33,728 bases of DNA from an uncultured Candidatus Saccharibacteria bacterium (GCA_964616385.1 CAZTTV010000002.1:1-33728), one strand, 5' to 3'; shown: positions 1-9,749, counted from the stretch's first letter. Program-made: numbers and translations. The notes: generated by a model not told the origin, from the sequence alone.

Positions 1-5
1 CCGGT

Positions 6-476
6 CTATGCCAGGGTTTTGCTTCGGCAAGTCTGATTATTTTGAAGATTTATATAATCGTCTTTTCCCAGTTTCTTTTTTAAGGAATTCCAAGGATTTT
101 TCTTGAGAAAAAACTCTTGTCCCAAATATGATTCTTTGAAAGAGTATCGTGAGTGAATTGCTTTTAGCTGTTTAATCGCACTTTCCTCTTTGCTTGTAAA
201 AGAACCAAGTTCTTCTCGCCATAAAATATTATAATCTCGTCTACAGCTAAAGTGCCATTCGGATAAATTTTGAATAAAAAAGTAAAAATTAGCCCATCTT
301 GAAATTTTAAAATTAAATCTCATATATCGAATTATACTCCGATTAAGAATCTTAAACAAATGAACAATATATTGAGAGCAAAAAGAATAAATATTGGTAA
401 TTGTGCATATGATGTATTGAATCAAATAAAAGCTTGAATATAAATTTGCAGACTTACTTGTTCGTCTGAATATCAA
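6..476 (-). CDS. hypothetical protein; start uncertain (ATG at 323 more plausible than TTG at 476)
   Basis: ORF track gives 156 aa, but the first ~50 aa look like AT-rich noise. TATAAT (336..331) lies 7 nt upstream of the ATG at 323..321, matching the leaderless pattern seen elsewhere in the window. No recognisable motifs. Confidence 0.35.
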   Translation of the reverse strand: MIFRRTSKSANLYSSFYLIQYIICTITNIYSFCSQYIVHLFKILNRSIIRYMRFNFKISRWANFYFFIQNLSEWHFSCRRDYNILWREELGSFTSKEESAIKQLKAIHSRYSFKESYLGQEFFLKKNPWNSLKKKLGKDDYINLQNNQTCRSKTLA

Positions 477-530
477 GCTTCCGACAAAAATTTCAAATAA
501 AGTAAAAAAAATAGTTGAAGAACTAAGAGA

Positions 531-604
531 AGAGGGGGTGTAGTAGTATGGTAATTAAATTGAACTATTATACAAAAAGCATCTAATATTAGTTGCTTTT
601 TTTG
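531..604 (+). promoter_or_regulatory. candidate 5' leader: SD-like GAGGGGGTG, 12-codon micro-ORF (548..586, MVIKLNYYTKSI) and AT-rich hairpin plus T-run
   Basis: A G-rich patch at 532..540 sits 7 nt before the ATG at 548. The stop TAA at 584..586 lies inside an imperfect hairpin (574..601, one mismatch) followed by T7. All of this is just upstream of the methyltransferase ORF. Confidence 0.25.
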
Positions 605-609
605 TAATA

Positions 610-1773
610 ATGTGTTACATTAGTAATCAGAATAGTATATTTAATTTAATCACACTCATATTTGGAGGTCACGTGTTTGATGTAACTGTAGATACAGAAG
701 AAATAGTATCTAGAAAAAATGGACAGAAAATAGTGAGTAAGCCACTTGTTGCAAAGATAAACAAACAAGAAAATAATGTACCTAGCTTGTTGATAACTAC
801 GCTTTGTTCATTTCTTGGTATTTTTGTTTTTATAAAAACGTTGTTCTGGGCTGTTTCAATTGGGCTTTATGGAGTTTTTTTTAATTTTAGGAAACAAACT
901 CGTTGGAACAAACTAGGATATATTAAACGTTTTGCTAAAACATTTGGGATGATATGGTACTCGTTTCCAAATCCAAAAGATAATGAGAAAATGTATCCAG
1001 CACCTACTTTTTTTTATGGTAAAAATTTACCAAAAGTAGAAATAGTACGTAGATACTCTAAAAGTTGGAAAGCACTTGACCCTATTTATAATTATAAATT
1101 TGGTGAAGATAAAACTTTTTGTGGATATTTTACTGACTGGTGGTATGGACATAGAGCATGTCAGTCTGTTCGTAATAGGCTACTTGTTACAGAATCAATT
1201 CTTGAAGAAAAATTATTGGAAATATACAAAAGAAAAGGATCTGTAAAATTATTATCTATCGCATGTGGAGCAGCACAAGCTGTAATAAATACAGCATATA
1301 ATCTTAAGCAAAAAGGTATTATTGTTGATATAACTTTAATCGATTTTGATAACGATGCGTTAGAGTATGCTAAAGAAATGGCTGACAAAAAAGGAATTTC
1401 TGATTTACTTAACACTAAAAAAGTTAATATGTTTAGAAATTTTGGACTTGTAAAAGGAGAGTATGATATTGTTGAGATGGTTGGTTTTTTGGATTATTTA
1501 GATAAAAATAAGGCAAAAGAACTAATATCTCATATAAAAAAAGAACTACTTCTTTTTGATGGTTATTTTATTACAGCTAACATAATGTTTAACTGGGATT
1601 GGATATTTGTTAGGTGGAATATAAATTGGTGGATGATATATAGAACATCATCTCAGTTTGTAAAAATTTTAAAGTCAGGAGATTTTTCTGAAGAAGATAT
1701 CTTACTTACAAAAGAAGTTCATAAGGTTCATTGCGTTGCTGTTTGTAAAAATAGTAAAACCCTTGAAACATAA
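610..1773 (+). CDS. class I SAM-dependent methyltransferase with N-terminal hydrophobic (membrane) segment; start uncertain (in-frame GTG 673 preceded by GGAGG is an alternative)
   Basis: SAM-binding motif I-like LLSIACGAAQAVI and acidic post-I LIDFDNDAL. Hydrophobic stretch PSLLITTLCSFLGIFVFIKTLFWAVSIGLYGVFF. The ATG at 610 overlaps a -10-like TGTAATAAT. Confidence 0.7.
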   Translation: MCYISNQNSIFNLITLIFGGHVFDVTVDTEEIVSRKNGQKIVSKPLVAKINKQENNVPSLLITTLCSFLGIFVFIKTLFWAVSIGLYGVFFNFRKQTRWNKLGYIKRFAKTFGMIWYSFPNPKDNEKMYPAPTFFYGKNLPKVEIVRRYSKSWKALDPIYNYKFGEDKTFCGYFTDWWYGHRACQSVRNRLLVTESILEEKLLEIYKRKGSVKLLSIACGAAQAVINTAYNLKQKGIIVDITLIDFDNDALEYAKEMADKKGISDLLNTKKVNMFRNFGLVKGEYDIVEMVGFLDYLDKNKAKELISHIKKELLLFDGYFITANIMFNWDWIFVRWNINWWMIYRTSSQFVKILKSGDFSEEDILLTKEVHKVHCVAVCKNSKTLET

Positions 1774-1809
1774 TCTTACGAGATTATTGTTTCAAGGGTT
1801 TTCTTTTTT
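1756..1809 (+). terminator. intrinsic terminator (about 21-bp stem with one bulge, loop TACG, T-run) overlapping the methyltransferase stop codon
   Basis: AAAACCCTTGAAACATAATCT / AGATTA(T)TGTTTCAAGGGTTTT followed by TTCTTTTTT. Confidence 0.65.
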
Positions 1810-1837
1810 CTTGTAATTTATATACAATATAATAAAT

Positions 1838-3427
1838 ATGGATTTTTATATAATTTCTGCAATAGTAAATGCAATTACCAGCTTGGTTCTTGGTTTGCTT
1901 GTCTTGTCTCAAGGTAAGACAAAGAAAATAAATATTTTATTTTTCCTTTTCACTCTCGCTATAGTTTTTTGGAGCTTATCGTATTTTTTCTGGCAAATAT
2001 CTATAACAGCAGCTCAGGCACTTTCATGGAGTAGAATATTGATGGTAGGAGCAATATTTATCCCTGTTTTATATTTTCATTTCATAGTTATATTTTTAAA
2101 TATCAAAAATAATTTTTTGGTGTATTTAGCATATATATTAGCTTTTGTTTTTTTATTTTTAGATTTCACATCATATTTTGTAGTAGATGTTTCTCAAAAA
2201 TTAGATTTCAAATTTTGGCCTTCAGCAGGACCCGCATATTCAGTCTTTTTATTAATATGGTTATTTTATACAGTTTATACAGTATATCTTTTGTATAGAG
2301 GTTTTAGTGCTGAAAAAGGGATAAAACGTAAGCAACTAATGTATATTTTGATCGGTACTATCATAGGCTACGCAGGAGGAGCTACTAATTACTTTTTATG
2401 GTATAACATCTTAATTCCACCAATAGGTAATGTCTTAGAATCCGTGTATGTTCTATTGGTCGCTTTTGCTATATTGAGATATCATATGTTCAATATAAAG
2501 GTTATTGCTACAGAATTGTTTATATTTGCTGTTTGGATAGCAATACTAGTTGAAGTATTTACAGCAGAGACTGCTACTAAAATTATGTTTGAGGCAGGAC
2601 TTCTTGTTGTTGTCGTATCTTTTGGTGTTTTAATAATAAAAAGTGTTACCAAAGAAATAGAAACACGTGAAGAGATTGAAAAATTAGCAAAAAAATTAAA
2701 AACAGCAAACAATAGATTACGTGAACTTGACCAACAAAAATCAGAATTTGTTTCTATAGCGTCACATCAATTACGAAGCCCATTAACTGCAATAAAAGGA
2801 TATGCATCAATGATTCTTGATGGTTCATTTGGTGATATTGCTGAAGAAATAAAATCTCCTGTAAACAAAATAATGGAATCAAGTAAAAGGCTTGTTTATA
2901 TTGTTGAAGATTTTTTGAATGTAACAAGGATAGAGCAAGGTAGGATGCAATATGATTTCGTTGATGTTGACGTTAAAGAATTATTTAAAGATGTTATCAG
3001 TAACATCTCACCTACAATAAAAGAATCTGGGCTTGATGTAAATTTTGATACAGACAAAGGTTTGGCGTATGTTGTATCTGCTGATAAGGGTAAGATAAGA
3101 CAAGTATTTAGTAATTTATTAGATAATGCCATAAAATATACCCCAAGTGGAAGTGTTGATGTAAAAATATCTGAAGATGTATCAGCAAAGAAGATAATTA
3201 TATCTGTAAAAGATTCAGGGATAGGAATGTCTAAGGATTTTATAAACAATAAAATTTTTGGTAAGTTCAACAGGGGAGGGAATGCAAGAGATTTGCACAC
3301 TGATGGTTCAGGAGTAGGTCTTTATGTGGCAAGTGAAATTGTAAAAAGCCATAATGGTAAAATATGGGTAGAGTCTGATGGAGAAAATAATGGTTCAACG
3401 TTTTTTGTTGAATTCCCAGCTATTTAA
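1838..3427 (+). CDS. sensor histidine kinase with multi-pass (about 7 TM) N-terminal domain
   Basis: H-box FVSIASHQLRSPLTAIKGY, N-box NLLDNAIKYTP, G1 VKDSGIGM, G2 GSGVGLYVA. About 250 aa of hydrophobic helices precede a coiled-coil linker. Confidence 0.9.
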   Translation: MDFYIISAIVNAITSLVLGLLVLSQGKTKKINILFFLFTLAIVFWSLSYFFWQISITAAQALSWSRILMVGAIFIPVLYFHFIVIFLNIKNNFLVYLAYILAFVFLFLDFTSYFVVDVSQKLDFKFWPSAGPAYSVFLLIWLFYTVYTVYLLYRGFSAEKGIKRKQLMYILIGTIIGYAGGATNYFLWYNILIPPIGNVLESVYVLLVAFAILRYHMFNIKVIATELFIFAVWIAILVEVFTAETATKIMFEAGLLVVVVSFGVLIIKSVTKEIETREEIEKLAKKLKTANNRLRELDQQKSEFVSIASHQLRSPLTAIKGYASMILDGSFGDIAEEIKSPVNKIMESSKRLVYIVEDFLNVTRIEQGRMQYDFVDVDVKELFKDVISNISPTIKESGLDVNFDTDKGLAYVVSADKGKIRQVFSNLLDNAIKYTPSGSVDVKISEDVSAKKIIISVKDSGIGMSKDFINNKIFGKFNRGGNARDLHTDGSGVGLYVASEIVKSHNGKIWVESDGENNGSTFFVEFPAI

Positions 3428-3493
3428 TACGTCACTAAATACTTGAGATACTTAATAAATATATTAATCATTCCTCGCCTAAAATAAGGGTTT

Positions 3494-3504
3494 TGTGATA
3501 TAAT
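3494..3504 (+). promoter_or_regulatory. extended -10 promoter TGTGATATAAT, 8 nt upstream of trpS ATG (leaderless-type)
   Basis: Motif read directly. There is no SD between the box and the ATG at 3513. Confidence 0.45.
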
Positions 3505-3512
3505 CTCACTCA

Positions 3513-4487
3513 ATGGATAATAAAAAGAAAATTCTATTATCAGGAGTAAAACCAACTGGACGACCTCATGTTGGTAACTATTTTGGTGCAATGAAGCAAT
3601 TTGTAGATTTACAAGATGACTACAAAAGCTATATTTTTATAGCAAATTATCATGCGCTAACAACAATAAATGATAAAAAAGAATTGTCAGAAAGTAGTAT
3701 TGATGTTGCGTTAGATTATCTTGCCATAGGAATTGACCCACAAAAAACAACTATTTTTCTACAATCTGATGTTCCAGAAGTTACAGAGTTGGCATGGGTT
3801 TTTAACTGTTTAACAACTATGCCTTTCTTGATGCGAGCGCATGCTTTTAAAGATGCTGAAGCAAAAAACAAAGAAGTTAATGTTGGGCTTTTTGATTATC
3901 CTGTTTTGATGGCAGCTGATATTTTGATACAAAATACTGATATCGTACCTGTTGGGCAAGACCAAAAACAGCACGTTGAAATTGCTCGCGATTTAGCTGA
4001 AAAGTTTAATAGAACTTTTGGTGAGACATTTAAATTACCAGAACATAAAATTTTAGAAAGTGTTGGAACAGTGCCAGGTACTGATGGAAGGAAAATGAGT
4101 AAGAGTTATAAAAATACAATTCCATTGTTTGCAGATGATGAAGAGATTAAAAAAATAGTGATGTCTATTGTAACAGATTCAAAAACACCAGATGAATCAA
4201 AGGATCCAGATAAGTGTAATATATTTGCGTTACATAAATTATTTAGCTTAGATATATTAGATGAACTTGAGAAGAGGTATAAAGAAGGAGGTATTGGTTA
4301 TAAAGAATCAAAAGAAATACTAGCCCAAAATGTAGCAAGTTTTATAAGACCTTTTAGAGAGAATAGGATTGAACTTGAAAAAAATAAGGATGAAATATTG
4401 ATGATACTTAGAAATGGTGGTGAGTTTGCAAGAGGTAATGCTAGAATTAAGATGCAAGAGGTAAAAGAAAAAGTAGGTTTAATTTAA
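3513..4487 (+). CDS. trpS: tryptophan--tRNA ligase
   Basis: Class I HIGH region GVKPTGRPHVGNYFGA and a KMSKS motif (GRKMSKSYKN). The length (324 aa) is typical of TrpRS. Confidence 0.92.
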   Translation: MDNKKKILLSGVKPTGRPHVGNYFGAMKQFVDLQDDYKSYIFIANYHALTTINDKKELSESSIDVALDYLAIGIDPQKTTIFLQSDVPEVTELAWVFNCLTTMPFLMRAHAFKDAEAKNKEVNVGLFDYPVLMAADILIQNTDIVPVGQDQKQHVEIARDLAEKFNRTFGETFKLPEHKILESVGTVPGTDGRKMSKSYKNTIPLFADDEEIKKIVMSIVTDSKTPDESKDPDKCNIFALHKLFSLDILDELEKRYKEGGIGYKESKEILAQNVASFIRPFRENRIELEKNKDEILMILRNGGEFARGNARIKMQEVKEKVGLI

Positions 4488-4496
4488 ATATAAAAT

Positions 4497-4910
4497 ATGG
4501 AACAAATTAAAAATTTAAACGAATTTAGAGATAATAAAGATAATAAAATAGAAAAAGGTGAAGGGGTTTTAAATGAGCTTGTCGGTGCATTGTCTTCAGG
4601 AGATATAAATAAAGCTATGAGGATGAAAGATGATTACAATATATCTAATAATATAATAAATTCTCCAGAGGTTCAGGATGTTGCCAAAAAGGCAATAGTC
4701 CATACACTTCCAAGGGGACGTGATTATGTTAATGATGCCTTTTTGTTTAGTAAGTCATTTAATATATCAGAAGAAGATATTTCTAATATTGTAAAGGATG
4801 CTGTTGAAAATGAAGAAATGGAAGGAAGAAAAAATAACGCAATTTTGATTAAAGAAAAATTTAGCAATAAAGACACAACTGACGATATTGACGTTGAGCG
4901 TGTCGCATAA
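4497..4910 (+). CDS. hypothetical acidic protein
   Basis: 137-aa ORF packed between trpS (9 nt gap) and aspS (3 nt gap) on the same strand. No recognisable motifs. Confidence 0.5.
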   Translation: MEQIKNLNEFRDNKDNKIEKGEGVLNELVGALSSGDINKAMRMKDDYNISNNIINSPEVQDVAKKAIVHTLPRGRDYVNDAFLFSKSFNISEEDISNIVKDAVENEEMEGRKNNAILIKEKFSNKDTTDDIDVERVA

Positions 4911-4913
4911 AAT

Positions 4914-6245
4914 ATGAAAGATAGAATATATATAAAAGATTTAAAAGATAATATTGGCAAAGAAGTTGTAATAGACGGCTGGGTTGATGTTAGACGTGAT
5001 CATGGAAAACTAATTTTTATTGATCTTCGTGACATGAGTGGCATTGTTCAGATGGTGGCTTTACCAAATCATGAAGATGCTCATAAGATAGTCGACACTG
5101 TTCGTAGTGAGTGGGTAATTAAAGTAAGAGGTATCGTGAACAAAAGGCCTGAGAGGATGATAAAAGAAGGTGTATTAAATGGTGATTTGGAAATTGAAAT
5201 ATTAGATGTTGATGTATTAAATAAGGCAGTAGAGATGCCATTTGATAAAGAAGATAATTTAAATATTGATACACATTTAGATAATTTACCACTTACGCTT
5301 CGTAGTGAAAAACATAGAGCAATTTTTAAGGTACAAGCACGAGTGATACAGGCGTTTAGGGAATTTTTGCAATCAGAAGGCTTTATAGAAGTTCAAATAC
5401 CTAAAATAGTTGGGGGAGATGCTGAAGGTGGTGCTGGTGTATTTGAAATTGATTATTTTGACAAAAAAGCATACTTAGCTACAAGTCCTCAGTTGTATAA
5501 ACAAATTTTAGTTGGAATATTTGAACGAGTATTCACAACAACTAGTGTTTATAGAGCAGAGAAACACAGTACAACAAGACATTTGAATGAATATACGACA
5601 ATAGACTTTGAGATGGGATTTATAAAAGATCACACAGATATAATGGCTATGGAAGAGAAACTCTTGAGGTATATTATGAACTCACTTAATGAAACATCTG
5701 TTAAGGAATTTGAGTTACTTAATGCAGATATACCAAAGATGTCTAATGAAATACCGATATTAAAATTAAGAGAAGCTCAAGAAATTATAAAAAAAGAATA
5801 TGGGGAAGATTGCGTAGATGAACCAGACCTTGAACCTCAGCACGAAAGATGGCTTTCTGAATATGCAAAAAAGAAATATGATTCTGATTTTATCTACATA
5901 ACACACTACCCAGTTTCAAAAAGACCATTCTATACTTACGAAGATGAAAATGATAAAGGGTTTACAAAAAGTTTCGACTTACTCTTTAGAGGTGTTGAAA
6001 TAACGACAGGAGGACAACGAATACATGACTATGAAACTCTTGTAGAGAATATAAAGAAATGGAAAATGGATCCAACTAAATTTGAGTTTTATTTGCAAGC
6101 ATTTAAATATGGCATGCCACCTGAAGGTGGGATTGGTATGGGACTTGAACGTCTTACTGCAAAACTTTTGAATTTAGATAACGTAAAAGAAGCGACTCTT
6201 TTCCCACGAGATTTAAATAGAATTGATACGTTACTTTCAAAATAA
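4914..6245 (+). CDS. aspS: aspartate--tRNA ligase, short archaeal/type-2 form (possibly non-discriminating)
   Basis: N-terminal OB fold GWVDVRRDHGKLIFIDLRD. Class II motifs FRGVEITTGGQRIHDY and GMPPEGGIGMGLERL. At 443 aa it lacks the bacterial insertion domain. Confidence 0.88.
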   Translation: MKDRIYIKDLKDNIGKEVVIDGWVDVRRDHGKLIFIDLRDMSGIVQMVALPNHEDAHKIVDTVRSEWVIKVRGIVNKRPERMIKEGVLNGDLEIEILDVDVLNKAVEMPFDKEDNLNIDTHLDNLPLTLRSEKHRAIFKVQARVIQAFREFLQSEGFIEVQIPKIVGGDAEGGAGVFEIDYFDKKAYLATSPQLYKQILVGIFERVFTTTSVYRAEKHSTTRHLNEYTTIDFEMGFIKDHTDIMAMEEKLLRYIMNSLNETSVKEFELLNADIPKMSNEIPILKLREAQEIIKKEYGEDCVDEPDLEPQHERWLSEYAKKKYDSDFIYITHYPVSKRPFYTYEDENDKGFTKSFDLLFRGVEITTGGQRIHDYETLVENIKKWKMDPTKFEFYLQAFKYGMPPEGGIGMGLERLTAKLLNLDNVKEATLFPRDLNRIDTLLSK

Positions 6246-6317
6246 GTAGATTACATAATTAGTTTAATTTTTCAACAAATAATGTGTTGTTTAGATTGAA
6301 AAATGGCTTAAAATAAG

Positions 6318-6323
6318 TATAAT
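6318..6323 (+). promoter_or_regulatory. -10 box TATAAT, 7 nt upstream of scpA ATG
   Basis: AAGTATAAT-TTAGATA-ATG read directly; no SD. Confidence 0.35.
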
Positions 6324-6330
6324 TTAGATA

Positions 6331-7062
6331 ATGATAGATGGATATAATATTAAAACAGATATTTTTGAAGGCCCACTAGGTCTTCTGCTGACTCTTATAG
6401 AGAAAAGAAAACTTTTTATTGGAGATATTGCTCTTGCAAAGGTTGCTGATGATTATATTGAATATATAAATACTCTTAATGGTATGCCAGTAAATAGTGT
6501 TGCTAATTTTATTCTTGTTGCCTCAACTTTAATTCTAATTAAGTCTAAATCTTTATTGCCGTCGCTCTCTCTAACAGAAGAAGAAGAAACGAGTATAGAG
6601 GATTTGGAGAAAAGATTATGTATTTATAAAAAAATGAGAGACTTGGGTAAAGGTGTAGATGATATGTTTGGTAAAAATATCATATTTGCAAAAACATTAA
6701 CAAGAAATATTGAACCAGTATTTTCACCAGACAGTAATACAAATAAAAATGGAGTATTGGCTGCGGTACAGAGAGTTCTTACAAGTTTACCTAAAAAAGA
6801 GGTTGTGCCAGAGGCTATAATAAAAAGAGTAGTTAGCTTGGAAGAAACGATAGACAACTTGGCAAATAGAATGAAATCTAGCATCAAAGAAAGCTTTAAT
6901 AGTTTTTCTAATATGGGTAAAAGTGAGAAGATTAATATTGTCGTAAGTTTTCTTGCTATGCTTGAATTAGTAAAACAAGATATAATTAAAGTCTCACAAG
7001 GTAGAGATTTTGATGATATAGAAATGGAATCAAACGAGGTTGGTATACCAAACTATAGCTAA
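6331..7062 (+). CDS. scpA: segregation and condensation protein A
   Basis: N-terminal signature FEGPLGLLLTLIEKRKLFIGDIALAKVADDYIEYI. Its size and its position next to scpB also fit. Confidence 0.85.
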   Translation: MIDGYNIKTDIFEGPLGLLLTLIEKRKLFIGDIALAKVADDYIEYINTLNGMPVNSVANFILVASTLILIKSKSLLPSLSLTEEEETSIEDLEKRLCIYKKMRDLGKGVDDMFGKNIIFAKTLTRNIEPVFSPDSNTNKNGVLAAVQRVLTSLPKKEVVPEAIIKRVVSLEETIDNLANRMKSSIKESFNSFSNMGKSEKINIVVSFLAMLELVKQDIIKVSQGRDFDDIEMESNEVGIPNYS

Positions 7063-7090
7063 TATTTTTAGTGTCAGTAATTTGAATAAT

Positions 7091-7654
7091 ATGAATTTAG
7101 AATCAAAAATAGAATCGTTACTTTTTTTTAAAGGGGAACAAATTTCTCTTAAAAAAATTGCTGATATTTTAAACGAAACTGAAGAAGAGATATTGAATGC
7201 AATAAGTAATTTGGAAAATAGTTTATCTGGGAGAGGTATTGTTCTTCTAAAAAAAGAATCATCTTTCATGCTTGGAACATCTCCCGATATGTCTGATATT
7301 ATAGAAGGATTGATTAAAGAAGACTTAAACAAAGATTTAGGCAAAGCTGGATTGGAGACACTTTCTATTGTCCTTTATCTTGGACCTGTTACAAGAAGTA
7401 GGGTTGATTATATAAGAGGTGTAAATTCTAATTTTATTTTAAGAAACCTAATGATTAGAGGGTTAGTTGAGAAAATAAATAATCCTGAAGACCAAAGAAG
7501 CTTTCTTTATAAACCTACTTTTGAGTTACTAGCACACTTGGGAGTATCAAATATAGAAGAATTACCAGAATATTCTAGCGTACGAAAGGAGATAGAAAAT
7601 TCAGAGAAAGCGCTTGATGAGAAAAATACCGAAGAAGCTTCGAGTTCAATTTAG
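7091..7654 (+). CDS. scpB: segregation and condensation protein B (ORF track start 7040 overlaps scpA; ATG 7091 preferred)
   Basis: LESKIESLLFFKGEQISLKKIADIL and GLETLSIVLYLGPVTRSRVDYIRGVNSNFILRNLMIRGLV are the tandem winged-helix ScpB pattern. Confidence 0.85.
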   Translation: MNLESKIESLLFFKGEQISLKKIADILNETEEEILNAISNLENSLSGRGIVLLKKESSFMLGTSPDMSDIIEGLIKEDLNKDLGKAGLETLSIVLYLGPVTRSRVDYIRGVNSNFILRNLMIRGLVEKINNPEDQRSFLYKPTFELLAHLGVSNIEELPEYSSVRKEIENSEKALDEKNTEEASSSI

Positions 7655-7678
7655 CTAAATTCCAAGTATATTATATCT

Positions 7679-8587
7679 ATGAAAAATATTAAAAATTACG
7701 TTTTAATAGCATTATTATTGTCCGGTGTTTTTGTTGTATCGGATTCGTTAGATATAGTTAGAAATAATCGTAATAGTGAAATAAAAAATATATCATTGAA
7801 ATCTAATAAAAATATGTTTAGTAACATCTCTATAGAAGCCAGATCTGTATATGTGTATGATGTAAACAATAAAAAGGTTTTATTCGCAAAAAATGAAGAA
7901 GTACAGATTCCTTTAGCATCGCTGACAAAAGTTATGACTGCGATAATAGCAAAAGAAAATTCATTCAAAGGAGAAACTCTTACTGTTAAAAGAAAAAACT
8001 TAAAACCAGAGGGTGATAGTGGGTTATTAGTAGATGAAAAATGGAATTTAAAAAATTTAACAGATTTTACGTTAATCTCATCTTCAAATGACGGGGCAAA
8101 TATGTTGGCATCCGTTGGCTCTATTGATTCCAATTTTTCAGAAAGTAGTAATTCATCTTTTATAAACAAAATGAATAATATGGCTGATACTCTTGGAATG
8201 AAACAGACATATTTTTTAAATGAAAGTGGGCTAGATCTTAGTAAGAATATATCTGGGGCATATGGTTCAGCGAAAGATATGGCCATTTTATTTTCTTACT
8301 TACTAAATAAATATCCAAATTTACTTGAAGCAACAACATACAAAACAATAAAAGTTGATTCTTCTGAAAAGACACATGTAGCAAAAAATACAAATAAAGC
8401 AGTTGATATTATACCAGGGCTTATTGCGTCTAAGACTGGTTTTACAGATTTATCTGGTGGGAATTTGGTTATAGCATACGATGCAGGTCCAATGCGTCCA
8501 ATAATAATATCTATTATCGGTTCTAGTGCTGAGGGAAGATTTAGCGATGTAAGCAAGCTTGTTGATGCATCGCTAAAATCTCTATAA
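7679..8587 (+). CDS. D-alanyl-D-alanine carboxypeptidase (peptidase S11, PBP5/6-like) with signal anchor
   Basis: SxxK motif (ASLTKVM), SxN motif (SSSNDGA) and KTG motif (SKTGFTD), plus an N-terminal hydrophobic segment. Confidence 0.85.
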   Translation: MKNIKNYVLIALLLSGVFVVSDSLDIVRNNRNSEIKNISLKSNKNMFSNISIEARSVYVYDVNNKKVLFAKNEEVQIPLASLTKVMTAIIAKENSFKGETLTVKRKNLKPEGDSGLLVDEKWNLKNLTDFTLISSSNDGANMLASVGSIDSNFSESSNSSFINKMNNMADTLGMKQTYFLNESGLDLSKNISGAYGSAKDMAILFSYLLNKYPNLLEATTYKTIKVDSSEKTHVAKNTNKAVDIIPGLIASKTGFTDLSGGNLVIAYDAGPMRPIIISIIGSSAEGRFSDVSKLVDASLKSL

Positions 8588-8672
8588 TACAAAAATATAA
8601 CGTTTATTTAAACTCAGCCTGGATTTGGTATCTGGTCGATATTCTTTTTCTTTTGAGTATTTTTAAGTTATA

Positions 8673-9749
8673 ATGTCACTAAATATATATTCTCTTATGA
8701 TATTAAATGTTATTAAAATTTTAGCCCCCGCAACACTAGCTTTTTTTATAGGTATAGGGATTACACCAATTGTAACTCATTATCTTTACAAGCATAAAAT
8801 GTGGAAGAAAAGGGGAGTGCAGGCGTCAACTATGGGTGATGATGCTCCTATTACAAGAAAGTTACATAATGATGAAAATAACAAAACACCACGCATGGGA
8901 GGTATTATCGTATGGGGTAGTGTCTTTCTAACTATTCTTTTAATGTTAGTATTTTCTGTTTTGGATGGTGATATTGGAGAAAAACTTAACTTTTTTAGTA
9001 GAAACCAGACATGGCTTCCACTATTTACACTTTTTGTAGGAGCAGTTATAGGTCTTATTGATGACTATTTTGCTGTTAGCGAAGTATACGACCAAAAAGC
9101 TGGTGGTTTATCTGCAAAGAAGAGACTTCTTGTTGTTTTTATAGTTGGACTTATAGGAGCATGGTGGTTTTACGATAAATTGGAAGTTACAAGTATAATA
9201 ATTCCTTTTGTTGGAAATTTTGAAATGGGGTATTTCTTCATTCCATTTTTTATTCTTGTGATACTTGGAGCATATTCAGGGGGAGTGATAGACGGCATAG
9301 ATGGACTTTCTGGTGGTGTATTTATAACTATATTTTCAGCATATGGACTAATTGCATTTATGCAACAGCAATTCGATATAGCATCTTTGTCTTTTGCCAT
9401 AGTAGGAGGGCTGCTAGCCTTTTTATGGTTTAATATACCGCCAGCACGTTTTTATTTATCAGAAACTGGAACAATGGCACTTACCATGACACTTGCTGTT
9501 ATCGCTTTTTTAACAGAACAAGTTGTAGTATTACCTATTATTGCTTTTGTTCTTGTTGCTGCATCAGGATCAAGTATATTGCAAATTCTGTCTAAGAAAT
9601 TTCGTAATGGTAAAAAAATATTCTTGGTAGCTCCAGTGCATCATCATTTTGAAGCAGTCGGATGGCCGAGCTATAAAGTAACAATGAGATTTTGGATAGT
9701 AAGCGCTGTTTTTTCTGTAATTGGAGTTATTATTGCATTAATTGGGTAA
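8673..9749 (+). CDS. mraY: phospho-N-acetylmuramoyl-pentapeptide transferase
   Basis: KTPRMGGI, GLIDDYF, IDGIDGLSGG and APVHHHFE motifs in a polytopic membrane protein. The start could be the ATG at 8697. Confidence 0.92.
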   Translation: MSLNIYSLMILNVIKILAPATLAFFIGIGITPIVTHYLYKHKMWKKRGVQASTMGDDAPITRKLHNDENNKTPRMGGIIVWGSVFLTILLMLVFSVLDGDIGEKLNFFSRNQTWLPLFTLFVGAVIGLIDDYFAVSEVYDQKAGGLSAKKRLLVVFIVGLIGAWWFYDKLEVTSIIIPFVGNFEMGYFFIPFFILVILGAYSGGVIDGIDGLSGGVFITIFSAYGLIAFMQQQFDIASLSFAIVGGLLAFLWFNIPPARFYLSETGTMALTMTLAVIAFLTEQVVVLPIIAFVLVAASGSSILQILSKKFRNGKKIFLVAPVHHHFEAVGWPSYKVTMRFWIVSAVFSVIGVIIALIG

